A DNA stretch of 64,000 nucleotides, taken from a virus. Taxonomy: Duplodnaviria > Caudoviricetes. The DNA lies in IMG/VR virus record IMGVR_UViG_3300020577_006105; one strand, written 5' to 3'. A program made the position numbers and the translations under genes. This document shows positions 12,001-21,319 of the stretch, piece by piece (within the stretch, counting starts at the first letter, position 1; each line of letters starts with the position of its first letter). The notes under the pieces were generated by a model, which had not been told where the DNA came from, searched no databases, and saw only the letters and a list, made by a program, of their open reading frames with translations.

Positions 12001-12712
12001 TGTTGTGGTCTATTTGCGGCAGTCTTTCGGCATCAAGCGTGCCAGTAGTAAACTTCGACAGGTCACCATCTTCAATAAAATCACCCGATAGCTTGCCCTG
12101 TACGTGTCTGCGCAAGTCAATCGGAGAAGGATTGCGCGAACCACCAATGTGCTTGTGACGATTGACGATACTTGCAATGGTTGAGAATAGTGATATCTCA
12201 ACACGGCCGCATTCTGCAGTGTTATTTGGTGTTAGAACAATACCATTGCTGGTTTGGGTTGCAACGACACACCCAAGTCCGACGAACCTATCTAGGTCTG
12301 ATAGTTCCGTATTTGAGGCAAAGAACTTTACAGTCTGCCTGTGTGGCGTGGTTTTGTTGGCTTCTGCGTAAATATAGTATGTGAACGACTGATTTGTGCC
12401 AAGGTTTGGCGGCGCTGGAATATCAAGCGTATACGAGTCTGTGGTAACACAACTCTTCCAAGACACGTGACCGCGCCCAGGTGTAATTGTGACTTGTCGT
12501 GATTTGTTCTCTCCAGTTACGTTGAGAATATACCAACTTGGATTATCGGGGTCGTCATCAATGATGCCGTTACCAAAAATATCAAACAGCCAATACAGTT
12601 GACGCTCAATTGTTTGAAAACGCCTCTCATCCATTGTGAGGTCGTTTCCACCAATTTGAGCATATGGAGTAAGGTACCCCAGCTTATAAATGGCTGTTTC
12701 TGGTATTGTCAT
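9059..12712 (-). CDS. Tail/baseplate structural protein with C-terminal NHL/beta-propeller-like repeats (1217 aa)
   Basis: SPVDAVYLDDSVIVADTANDRM and KPTGLSLLPNGDVLVSE resemble NHL blades; Gly/Ser linker PGSGGGGDSGSGGGSNSGGGG; ATGA overlap with upstream gene. Confidence 0.6.
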   Translation of the reverse strand: MTIPETAIYKLGYLTPYAQIGGNDLTMDERRFQTIERQLYWLFDIFGNGIIDDDPDNPSWYILNVTGENKSRQVTITPGRGHVSWKSCVTTDSYTLDIPAPPNLGTNQSFTYYIYAEANKTTPHRQTVKFFASNTELSDLDRFVGLGCVVATQTSNGIVLTPNNTAECGRVEISLFSTIASIVNRHKHIGGSRNPSPIDLRRHVQGKLSGDFIEDGDLSKFTTGTLDAERLPQIDHNTLTRRGTLTHAEIDSLLAALEIDYSDRLSDLFGVNILQFGLAAKKRDGWSDIDAKTVNAILYVPGVTPDSYASYYEDYASYGLVGIGTPYVPSNIELAIIDKDNREIRGSLSSPINSDAIAWITDTDFTTALDLGLARVISPDPETRNIEVTGDGIDGGITIERPLNYNRVATSDLTDWTTAYVFTDNATKLPVSPPPTQVSDDYDVRRHFYYEFGSSEDWTDKTKIMVGYNLGIENVQGDIYMYLLLESGGTSEEVVTTTGAEVTLMLSKLVKIHDADDDTGNDLFAVKNLTEFINESTELLNVNGIGFIWDTEYGWDVKEMTFELNVPDETDIPDTRVVEYRASLPDTTGTIFAWNDAYYADSARLVFRFNSNYELTQYDTVVWTTDIDSYVTVQTRVAETEEELATANKYLVSGGIVNPSGNTGTWIDIIVELRSSTDNLTAPFVDDLALQFRSPGASNTKIWDRKIPADGENIAAWSKANAFVNVICDPDTEVPPNDLKIADVTHVGEWRFIRGNNIYADFDSGGDPEETYSDGQELPVSPMQVWNGSVSQGYSSPVDAVYLDDSVIVADTANDRMAHVNLDETVELVIQGNLRLRKEERALAALCAYYNPTRGRLWVMFSQNVNVSAREKMALTSGLDSINFGDSSVNVVLFGPDTLSKSATLEVRFSTAQVAQINAWTDSIKLVINEGAITDAGVSSGDEQDPGSGGGGDSGSGGGSNSGGGGDGGGPGGLSDCGLPDWLTDEYGVLFGPLNGSGYIPAATCPLTAEDGLSVPDETDDSDGVFDPNETRLQGPGGQVGTVILDVYVGNVVLDNLYSPQSVQYTTEEDYVVGTGGTRSVIAYSPTGDRSWTISSSVIALPEGRGGSAYELPTGNILIAAPAAGSDTSGRLSIISRAAGNIPLVDLSISGDPVRALPDSDGVHYWVAIYDRVGGGKTSRLMRMTAQGNTNLIWGVGTLVKPTGLSLLPNGDVLVSE

Positions 12713-12963
12713 TGTATGTTGCCCCCGTTGTCTTCAGAGTTCGCCAACTGGCCGGGAAACAGATATCCGGTGACTGGTTCAACACCAAAAGTTGATGTGC
12801 CCCATCTCATCACACTATTTGCAGCGTATCCAGAACCTTCGTCAAGGGTTTTGGCCTGGCCTGCATGCACAGACATGGGCAACGCCTGCGATATATCGCT
12901 GACGTTAATCACGTTTTCAACGTGATATCTAACTGCTTCGCTAAGTGAACGGAATCGAGACAT
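12709..12963 (-). CDS. Small hypothetical protein (84 aa)
   Basis: ORF track; tightly coupled to both neighbours. Confidence 0.6.
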   Translation of the reverse strand: MSRFRSLSEAVRYHVENVINVSDISQALPMSVHAGQAKTLDEGSGYAANSVMRWGTSTFGVEPVTGYLFPGQLANSEDNGGNIQ

Positions 12964-12964
12964 A

Positions 12965-15900
12965 TTATGTACCTGGTGTTGCGTTGGTTGGCGATGCTGC
13001 CACCAATGCGTCCGCAGTGATAACCGGGAAGGTTTCTCCTTGAATAGATGCTGTTATGGTATTGGCCTGCTTATCAAACTTGTACGAGACTTCTCGGTAG
13101 AAGTACATGTCAGTATTGATTGCGGTGTTTTGACCAACCATCGTTTTCAAGTAAAATCGTCCTTGGTGCATCAAAGGTCTGGTTACGTAACAACTAAAGT
13201 TGATAGTTTGATAAGACTTCCGACGCACATCATATATTGTTTTCGCCCTGCGACGCAGTGCATCCTTGGTCAACAATGACCTTTGCTTATCAACTTCAAC
13301 ATACCACTTTGGATAACCAACATATCCAATGTTCTCGGGTAATGGTTCGTTGTTCTCAAACGACTGATTGATAAGGTCAAGTGTTGCTTGTGAATACGCA
13401 TCACTGTTTCTATCCTCTGGTTCAATCGCTATTGCTGGTTCACCATATGGGGTCGTTCCCACCACCTGGAAGTCTGTGTAGATGTACGCATTTGAAGTAA
13501 CCTCTGCGTAATCTCCGGTCAGAACACCGTGAGTATGTTCTGCACTGACATTGGGCAAGAATGTAACATTGTTTTCATCCGGTGCCCCAACAAACTCTAG
13601 TGCGTCAACATACGCATTGTCGAATCTCCAATCAAGCCTGATGTAACCAGCGTTGTAATCCCAGTAGTACACGGGTATGGCATTGGTGTTCAGCATCAGA
13701 TTCAAAATCGGGTCTATGACTTCTGAAATAGATTTTGCTGGGTCGCCATTGATAACTGGCGTTGACAAAGCCGGGTGATTACTTGTTGTTGCCAATCGTA
13801 TTTCAATTGCCTCGCGGAAGGCTTGTAGCCCTAATTCGTCTTGCTCTGGGTCATTAGTAGAGCCAAATATCTCTTCCTGCTCTCGATACCAGTCAATTAG
13901 ACCGGTGTGTTCCATACATGTGCGAATGATATCATTGTACTTTACACCCGCAAAGTAAATAGATTGCCTGAAGCCCATGTTCTCGGTGAGAACACTGGCT
14001 ATGTCATCACACTCTAACACCGTTAGTGTTGTGCCGTCAGGTCGACGCCTTGTTGTTGTTTGAATCACTTGTCCTTGGAAGTATGTTTTTGGAGAACCAA
14101 AACCACCACCAAGTGTTATAGCAGGCTTGTTCTCGTTCAAGAATGCCAAAACTTTGCGCCCAAATTGAGTCGCGGCAAGATTAAGTAGGTTAACCCTTGC
14201 TTTGCCTTTGAGCCTAGATGCATTGTCGTTTTCAAGATTGTAAGTTACGTCCCACTCGGACATATATGTTGAAATATCGCCCCATTTCACAAATTGTTTG
14301 ACAAGTGGTTCTGGTTCTACTGGCGCCGGTCTTGGTTTGACGTAAAAGAACACAGGCCCCTCGAGTGTCGTATTGAAACTGACAATACCGCGACAAATTG
14401 CTGGAGTTCTCGGGTTTGTTGCAAGTTGTTCGTCTGTGGGCATTGTTAGCTGACCGTAATATACCAACTCAGGTCCTTGCTCTACTGTCCTTCTGCGCCA
14501 ATCTGCATAGTATGTCGGAGCTGCCTTTAGTTCATCTTCTTCTTCTGTTTCCTTGGGCTCGCGCATTCTATGTTGCTGGAAAAAATCATTGAGCAAGTCT
14601 GGCTGAATTGTTTCAGACTTACTTGGAGTTGTGGAAAAATCAGCGCGGACAAACCCAAGGTCTTCGATATCGTCATTCAGACCATCGGCCGTAATAAGTT
14701 CTGGATGATAGTTATTGAATCCAATTGGTCCATACTGGAACTTTGTGTTGATGTATCTAAATGTTACACTGATAGTGGCACGGTCTGATACGTAAATAGG
14801 AAATTGTGTATTGGCGTCATCTATTTGCTCATCGCTCAATGGTGGACTAAAGCAGTTCCATGTTAATGGATTGGGCTCAAAACCAATCAGCATAACTGAA
14901 CCAGCATAATGTACGAATACACTGTATTGCGATTCGTTTTGTCCTTGTGCAAATACTGGACCAACAATAGAGAATGTCTCAAACTGTCTTGAGCGCGGAT
15001 GATAGTATTCCAACTTGGGCTGTTGGTTAACCGTTAGAGTTAATCTGAACCTTGACACTGTAATTAAGTCTTCTGATTCACCAGCATCTTCGTCACCCCA
15101 TTCTATAACAATACTGCCGTCAAAGGCGTCGTTGTTTTCTGTAACAACGTTGGTTCTAGGCCTACCGTGCCAGAAATGCATTTGAAACCCGGTGTTTGGG
15201 CTTGATGCCATTTGAACACGCCTTGACGACACTTTGAACAGTTTATCGGCGGGGTAAACCAGCACGGCTTTGGTGTTCTCTGCAACATCTTCATCGTCTA
15301 CATGCCCGGTGTACATGTAATCCTTACTGATTGGAAACATCCGCTTCAGCGTGCAGTTTCCATAGATATCCAAAAACATCGAACTATCACCTGGAATTTG
15401 CGAAAACAAATCTCCAGTTGGCCCTTGGTTCTTTATCAACTTGGTGTCTTCGATTTCTTCTGGACTAATTCGCTTCCAGATATTATATGTCGAGCGCAAT
15501 GTTGGTTTTGAATCACCAAGCGAGTCAAAAACAGTGCGCGACGATGCCGGAATTGTTGGGTTGGGTATGCCAAAAACTTGTGTTGTTGTTTCTGGTGGTA
15601 AATCGTCATAATCTCCAGAAACCGCATCAGAAACAGTAGCCTCTGAGTCGTATTCTGGTTCATACTTTTGATTGTCATAGGTAGTGTCTGTTGTTGCTGG
15701 GCCCTTAATCAAATCGTAATACGCACTGACTTCATCCAAGGGCACTCCGCCATATGCAAACGTACACATAGGTGCGCCAAGGTTCATGTTTGCGTATGGC
15801 ATGATTCCACCACTGCAGTTTGGGACAGAATTCAAGCGCATAGAGATAATCAGCTCTTCGGCTGTTGAGGGTCTACCCTGGTGCGGGTTACGCATAGTGG

Positions 15901-16048
15901 TGATGAAGTTCCTCGAAATTGTACGAGTTTCTTCATCTTGAACAAATCCTTGTGCGTTAGTGCCGCCGGTTGTTCCTGGTCTTGGCAACAGGATTGCACC
16001 AAGCATACACTGCCCTCTCAATTCTTTTGGCTTAAACGAACCTGCCAT
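12965..16048 (-). CDS. Baseplate hub / tail-tip-like protein (about 1027 aa)
   Basis: C-terminal half has a hub-like pattern (WDVTYNLEN..KARVNLLN..TYFQGQVIQTTTRR..TVLECDD..KYNDIIRTCMEHTG). Start moved from 16105 to the ATG at 16048 (MAGSFKPK), which has a TGTACAAAG motif just upstream. Confidence 0.55.
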   Translation of the reverse strand: MAGSFKPKELRGQCMLGAILLPRPGTTGGTNAQGFVQDEETRTISRNFITTMRNPHQGRPSTAEELIISMRLNSVPNCSGGIMPYANMNLGAPMCTFAYGGVPLDEVSAYYDLIKGPATTDTTYDNQKYEPEYDSEATVSDAVSGDYDDLPPETTTQVFGIPNPTIPASSRTVFDSLGDSKPTLRSTYNIWKRISPEEIEDTKLIKNQGPTGDLFSQIPGDSSMFLDIYGNCTLKRMFPISKDYMYTGHVDDEDVAENTKAVLVYPADKLFKVSSRRVQMASSPNTGFQMHFWHGRPRTNVVTENNDAFDGSIVIEWGDEDAGESEDLITVSRFRLTLTVNQQPKLEYYHPRSRQFETFSIVGPVFAQGQNESQYSVFVHYAGSVMLIGFEPNPLTWNCFSPPLSDEQIDDANTQFPIYVSDRATISVTFRYINTKFQYGPIGFNNYHPELITADGLNDDIEDLGFVRADFSTTPSKSETIQPDLLNDFFQQHRMREPKETEEEDELKAAPTYYADWRRRTVEQGPELVYYGQLTMPTDEQLATNPRTPAICRGIVSFNTTLEGPVFFYVKPRPAPVEPEPLVKQFVKWGDISTYMSEWDVTYNLENDNASRLKGKARVNLLNLAATQFGRKVLAFLNENKPAITLGGGFGSPKTYFQGQVIQTTTRRRPDGTTLTVLECDDIASVLTENMGFRQSIYFAGVKYNDIIRTCMEHTGLIDWYREQEEIFGSTNDPEQDELGLQAFREAIEIRLATTSNHPALSTPVINGDPAKSISEVIDPILNLMLNTNAIPVYYWDYNAGYIRLDWRFDNAYVDALEFVGAPDENNVTFLPNVSAEHTHGVLTGDYAEVTSNAYIYTDFQVVGTTPYGEPAIAIEPEDRNSDAYSQATLDLINQSFENNEPLPENIGYVGYPKWYVEVDKQRSLLTKDALRRRAKTIYDVRRKSYQTINFSCYVTRPLMHQGRFYLKTMVGQNTAINTDMYFYREVSYKFDKQANTITASIQGETFPVITADALVAASPTNATPGT

Positions 16049-16712
16049 AGTTCTCTTTGTACAGAGCGTACATAATACACAGTGTGACTCAGAAACCAAC
16101 CACAACCAACACGCTGCACTAAGGCGTCAGTGGTATACATGCTTGTCGAAGTCCAAGCCTGACCTATCTGATGTATTGCCTGCGTGGCGATACACGCCTA
16201 ACGCATTTATCGAAGCAATGTATTGCCTCGGGTGGAAATCTGGGCACTCGATAGAGCGTGTGATTGAAGAGAACCCTCTTGAACCAGGCAATATACAGTT
16301 TGTGCCATATAATCACAAAATCCGCACTAGAAGAAGGGGCAACACAAGATATGTTACTGCATTTGGTGTTGTTGCGCCAATAGCATGGTTTATTGATAAT
16401 CATACATTGTGCAAGGTCAAAGATTATCATGTGATTTACGGAAGAATTGCTAGTGGTTGGTCTGTTGAAAAAGCCATGACCACACCGTCTTCTGGTCGAC
16501 CTAAGCCAGAACACTGTACATATTCTCAATCTACAGTGGTTGAATTCAACGGTGTTTCAGAAAAACTGTCTAATGTGGCAAAGTCCAGTGGGATAAAAAC
16601 AAAAGACCTGGTCAAGAGACTCAATCTTGGTTGGTCTCTTGACCAGGCAATTAACACTCCATTATATGGAGTGCGACCTTCTAGGAAGCCCGGCGCGAAT
16701 CGCGAAACTTAA
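15960..16712 (+). CDS. Degenerate HNH homing-endonuclease-like protein (start uncertain, possibly a pseudogene)
   Basis: SIERVIEENPLEPGNIQFV resembles the HNH consensus SIDRIDNDGNYEPGNCRW; two C-terminal DNA-binding repeats (RIASGWSVEKAMTTP, RLNLGWSLDQAINTP); antisense to its neighbours. Confidence 0.55.
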   Translation: MPPVVPGLGNRIAPSIHCPLNSFGLNEPAIVLFVQSVHNTQCDSETNHNQHAALRRQWYTCLSKSKPDLSDVLPAWRYTPNAFIEAMYCLGWKSGHSIERVIEENPLEPGNIQFVPYNHKIRTRRRGNTRYVTAFGVVAPIAWFIDNHTLCKVKDYHVIYGRIASGWSVEKAMTTPSSGRPKPEHCTYSQSTVVEFNGVSEKLSNVAKSSGIKTKDLVKRLNLGWSLDQAINTPLYGVRPSRKPGANRET

Positions 16713-16887
16713 TTTGGTCGTATGCGACACCACCAAAAATACCAGCTACGAACCACGCGACACCAACACTGAATGCTGCTTTAGTGTCATTGAGCTCCAT
16801 GTATGTCTTGCTGAAGCCCATACAAAAAGCACCAGCTCCAACGGTCACTGCTCTCTCAAAGAGAATTTTCCAATCAAAATTTATCAT
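16681..16887 (-). CDS. Small two-TM membrane protein, holin-like (68 aa)
   Basis: Two hydrophobic stretches and a basic C-terminal tail (KFRDSRRAS). Confidence 0.45.
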   Translation of the reverse strand: MINFDWKILFERAVTVGAGAFCMGFSKTYMELNDTKAAFSVGVAWFVAGIFGGVAYDQIKFRDSRRAS

Positions 16888-16932
16888 TGTTTCACCTATG
16901 ATGACTGATTGTCACCTGGTTATTATGGCACT

Positions 16933-19900
16933 TTAGTTGATTTCGGTAAGTTTGAATGCTTTTCCGACACTTCCACTCTGACTTAAGTGTCTGCATACTA
17001 GGTCTCCATTTGCGGCTACGTAGTATATTGCTGTTTGCCCGTAATACTGTACGGTCCTGAGTGAAACGATGCCCGCTCGTTGTTGCAGGACGTTATCTTC
17101 GTTATCCGCCCTGTTCACTATTAGGTAGCCAGCAGATTGCATTTGCGTGAATGTATTGTCAGCGGTGCTGCCAGATGTGAAATCACTACTGCCGGCGATG
17201 AGATGTATCGGTTTGAGAACTGTCTGACCAGAACTGTTTTGACGTGGAATTTGTGTAGCAAACAACCGGCCACTTGACCAAAACACCACTGTACCCTCGT
17301 CATAATGTTCGTTAAAAGTCGCCGCTGGAGACACCATTGGTGTCTCGGACGAGTTGGATATACCGCCCTGTCTAAAGCTACACACCACAAATGCTCGACC
17401 AAATCCAGTTTCATCCAAGGTTCTTCCTATCAATTCTCCATCTCTGCCAACAACTGAGTAAATGGCCGTTGGCCTATCCCTGCTATCGACAAACACAGCA
17501 GCGTAATCCTCACTCACTGTGCCACTAATACCGCCTTTGGGTGGTCGTGGTGTTTGCTCATATGGCATGCTTGATTCGGGCGAACCATCTATTAAGAACA
17601 CATCACCAATTCCTCCTGGCCCTTGTTGCTGTGATTGCGTTAGTGTGGCAGTACGTAAAACTAACCCGCCGCCATCTACCCATCCAACTACATAGCATTT
17701 ATCTCCATTGTGCGATGTAGCAGTAGAGTGCAGCTTCAAACCTGCGGCGATGTATCTTGGTTGATTCAGTGTGCTAGAATTGAGTGCAGCATTGGCAGTT
17801 CTGAATGTCCCTGCATGAGCGTGTTTAGTACTTGCTCCGACATTAACCGTTGCTATTTCAGAGTCGGCAAATTGAGTAGACACGCCAACAACTGAGCCGC
17901 TTTTATCGCCGCCCGACAGGCTTGTTCTAAACACACTCGCTTCTGTTCCTTTTAGTTTGTTGTCGTCTTTATCTTTCACAACATCAACATACTGTGGTTG
18001 GCTTCTTCCTGCTTGGTGTGTTAGGACTTCTACGCCGCGCTCATCTTCCTCTACTTCGCCACGCTCATTGAAAACCACGTGAACTCGTTCGCTTATTGGG
18101 TGACCAACGGCAGAAACAGACAGTCGTTGTGTGGTTGTGCCGTCTTCGCCAGGAACTGTACGCACCCATAACTGTCTCGAGAATATGCCTGAATTAAGGC
18201 TCGGGGCGCGAACAATCACCTCTACGTCTTTTGGCATGTTCAAATACCAAACAGGCGAGTACATAGTTCCTTGTATCCTAAATGTGTCTGGTCGAATAAT
18301 GACTTTGAATTTCAAGTTTTCTTCATCGGCAATATACCAAAACTCATTACCGCCAATACTCCTAGATGGAACCAGGTCTAGATTTTCATAAAACGCAGGG
18401 CTTCCGATGAAACTTGGGGTTTGATTGATTTGCAGTGTTTCCAGGGTGTGCTTCATAATCGCAGCACGCGTAATACGCATGCCAACAGGCTTGTCGCCCA
18501 TTAGTGCCTGGATGTCATCTATTTTGACCGGTGAGCCGTTAGCTGAATATGGATACGCATAAAAGCGCAATACCAATCGCGAGTCCGCCGATGACGTTAG
18601 CACAAATGGAACTGTGATTTCTGTTTCGTATTCATAGTTTGCTTGCCCCGTAACAAACGGCACAAGCGGTGAGCGGAAGATACGCTCTGTGATTCTTCCG
18701 CTAACATCAACCACAAATCCTTCGACGCGCATATCGAGCTTGATTGACTCATTGTCAATGCCTTCATCAACACTCCATTCAACCTTCCATGTACCTGCCT
18801 CGGTGCTCGCACCAGTGGCACGAACATTTGATATCCTTCCGCCTGCAATGTTTTCTGCACTTGCACAAAAATCGGCTTTGACTTGCCCTTCAGCAGTGTG
18901 TGTATTGGGTATGACGGTGTATGGTATACAAAAGCCCACGGAATCTTCTTCTCCGCCACGCAATGTGTAAAGATTGTAGTATGCCGTAGTGCTTGAACTA
19001 GGGTCATATGGGCGCACAGTGTCGTCATATACGATAAACTCATCATCATTCGCATCAGAACCATAAAATCGCGTTTCTCTTATGCTCAATGGTGAATATG
19101 GGTCTGCGACGCCGCCATATGGCTGATACCTACTTGAATTGTATCGCAACCATCTGATTGGAAAAAGTGCATGTGACTGTGACATCAAACATGTGCCTTC
19201 GGCATATCCATATGTTGGGTCAAACTCCACCTGAACTCTCGGGCATGTTTTTGCTGTTAGTGACGGTGTTGTTGTTGAGCCGTCTCCAGTTGGTTCTGAC
19301 AAAACATAGAGCCCTACCGCCAGCTTCCAATCACCACCTGGAATATCCAGTGTTGTTCCTCCGTCTTCTGCTTGTTCAATGTATCTAACCACTTCATACT
19401 CGCGAAGAGTACTGTCGAGCGGCGGCGTAATCATCACATGTCTCAAATTGGTTGGTTTTCCAATCTTCAGCGTGCTTTTTTCACTACCGTCAGTGCCCGT
19501 TACTGAATCAAAGTATATTTCTGTGGTGTCTCTGTATGCCGCAATTTCTTCAGGTGTTGCAGTGCTTGGTATATTGGCAGGAACCAGCCACCACCTGGCC
19601 ATAAGGTGCATATCTGCTGTAATTTGGTCATCCAGTGCCTGTGCTCTGATTTTGAATCTCCATGCGCCTGGGGCAATCTGTATTGGATTTGTGAACACCT
19701 TTTCGTCATCAACTACAAATGTTGCAACCGCCGGCGCACTAAATGGACCATTTGGCAGATTGCTAAGCATTTCAACCCTTCTGGTTGCGTATTCTCTTGG
19801 TTCGCTATTGCTGATTGACGGTTCAGTTAACGCCTGGAACGACGTTTTCTCCGACCATACTTGACTCCTAAATGGAGTACTAACAAACTCCACATCACTA

Positions 19901-21318
19901 AGCAAATGTTGCCTTACTCTAAACCAGTCTGTGGATTTTGCGACATTGTCGTTTTCTGTTTTATCCAAATATAGATATGGTGAAATCATTGGGCCACCGT
20001 CTGAGTATGTGTTGTTAGTGTCCAACACGTATGTGTACACAGTTGAGTACTGAGAGCTTGTGGTTGGCGGACTTGCGCTTACACTACCTGTGTATTTTTC
20101 AACCACGATTTCTATGCAATTATCACGCACTGGAAACAAATCTAGCGGTACTACGCGCCCTGCTGGTGTTAAATTAGTCCGGGCCATCAAAGAATAAAAC
20201 GCATTGCGCCGGCCGGGCCGAGGCCCAACGAACATGCAAAAGAACGCCGATGGGTTCGCCATATCCTCGAGAAGTCCAATCAAGGAAAAATCACCGGGTG
20301 CTATTCCGTATGCAGGAATGGCAAAAATCAAGAACTTTAGGTATACAGAATGGGCTAATCCAGTTTCTGCAACATTTTCGTCTGGGGCGAATATCTTACA
20401 ATGAAAGTTTGGTTCTGAAGAACTGTTTGGCCACAATGCAGTACCGCGAATGGGGTCAAATTCAAAGTCAACCAAATATGCATATTGCAATAGTGCTGTT
20501 GGGGTTTGCCCATAAGATATGTTAACTCGTTCTGCGTTGAATAGTTGAATTTTGTGAATTTCAATCCGCAAGGTTGGTATTGAATATCTGTTTGAGATTC
20601 GAATGCGTTTTTGTACCGAGTATGACTCTGGCATGTCTTCATCGCCGTCGCCGGTTTTGAACTTGATGTGCAGGATTCTGATTGGTTGAGACTTGCCTTG
20701 AAAGCCAGTGAGCATAAGCTCTGATGGAACATCGTTGACTGGCTTTGGAAACTCATCTCCGTCTCCATCAACATCCAACGAAGCACGCACCATACCCCAT
20801 GGGTACTTCGGAAATTCGATGTCTGGATATGGATTGTTCTCTGGGTCTGCCCTATATGCCTGCACCAATTCCAGGTCTGATTCGTCCAAATACAGGTCAA
20901 TTGACTCATCTAGAATATCTACTGTTAGGCGATATTCAATGGTCATACCAGAGACCCTGTCAACATTATTTGGTAGTTGTACTGCCCACGAAAGCTCTTC
21001 TCCGTGCGCAATAAACGGCTCAGTCGGAATGGTGCCGGTGTATCCATAAGGGTCTTCAACATACCTATATGCCCTTGTAATTGGGTACATTTCAGAACCT
21101 TCTGCGCTCTCCACCTCACCTCCGGGTTCCTCTATAACAGCATTTCCGCTGTTGCCAATAACTGGCGCATCATTCCTGAATTCTCCGCGTTCTAATACCA
21201 GGTTTCGGTATGATGGCCCAGGCACAGAACCACCAAGGCCCTCTCTTGGAGTTGGGACCCAGTTAAAATTGCCGACATACGGCTTGTTGTCTGGATTTTG
21301 ATACGGGTCGTATGGCAT
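16933..21318 (-). CDS. Large virion structural protein (1461 aa)
   Basis: Long beta-rich acidic ORF within the structural cluster; no family recognised. Confidence 0.6.
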   Translation of the reverse strand: MPYDPYQNPDNKPYVGNFNWVPTPREGLGGSVPGPSYRNLVLERGEFRNDAPVIGNSGNAVIEEPGGEVESAEGSEMYPITRAYRYVEDPYGYTGTIPTEPFIAHGEELSWAVQLPNNVDRVSGMTIEYRLTVDILDESIDLYLDESDLELVQAYRADPENNPYPDIEFPKYPWGMVRASLDVDGDGDEFPKPVNDVPSELMLTGFQGKSQPIRILHIKFKTGDGDEDMPESYSVQKRIRISNRYSIPTLRIEIHKIQLFNAERVNISYGQTPTALLQYAYLVDFEFDPIRGTALWPNSSSEPNFHCKIFAPDENVAETGLAHSVYLKFLIFAIPAYGIAPGDFSLIGLLEDMANPSAFFCMFVGPRPGRRNAFYSLMARTNLTPAGRVVPLDLFPVRDNCIEIVVEKYTGSVSASPPTTSSQYSTVYTYVLDTNNTYSDGGPMISPYLYLDKTENDNVAKSTDWFRVRQHLLSDVEFVSTPFRSQVWSEKTSFQALTEPSISNSEPREYATRRVEMLSNLPNGPFSAPAVATFVVDDEKVFTNPIQIAPGAWRFKIRAQALDDQITADMHLMARWWLVPANIPSTATPEEIAAYRDTTEIYFDSVTGTDGSEKSTLKIGKPTNLRHVMITPPLDSTLREYEVVRYIEQAEDGGTTLDIPGGDWKLAVGLYVLSEPTGDGSTTTPSLTAKTCPRVQVEFDPTYGYAEGTCLMSQSHALFPIRWLRYNSSRYQPYGGVADPYSPLSIRETRFYGSDANDDEFIVYDDTVRPYDPSSSTTAYYNLYTLRGGEEDSVGFCIPYTVIPNTHTAEGQVKADFCASAENIAGGRISNVRATGASTEAGTWKVEWSVDEGIDNESIKLDMRVEGFVVDVSGRITERIFRSPLVPFVTGQANYEYETEITVPFVLTSSADSRLVLRFYAYPYSANGSPVKIDDIQALMGDKPVGMRITRAAIMKHTLETLQINQTPSFIGSPAFYENLDLVPSRSIGGNEFWYIADEENLKFKVIIRPDTFRIQGTMYSPVWYLNMPKDVEVIVRAPSLNSGIFSRQLWVRTVPGEDGTTTQRLSVSAVGHPISERVHVVFNERGEVEEDERGVEVLTHQAGRSQPQYVDVVKDKDDNKLKGTEASVFRTSLSGGDKSGSVVGVSTQFADSEIATVNVGASTKHAHAGTFRTANAALNSSTLNQPRYIAAGLKLHSTATSHNGDKCYVVGWVDGGGLVLRTATLTQSQQQGPGGIGDVFLIDGSPESSMPYEQTPRPPKGGISGTVSEDYAAVFVDSRDRPTAIYSVVGRDGELIGRTLDETGFGRAFVVCSFRQGGISNSSETPMVSPAATFNEHYDEGTVVFWSSGRLFATQIPRQNSSGQTVLKPIHLIAGSSDFTSGSTADNTFTQMQSAGYLIVNRADNEDNVLQQRAGIVSLRTVQYYGQTAIYYVAANGDLVCRHLSQSGSVGKAFKLTEIN

Positions 21319-21319
21319 G

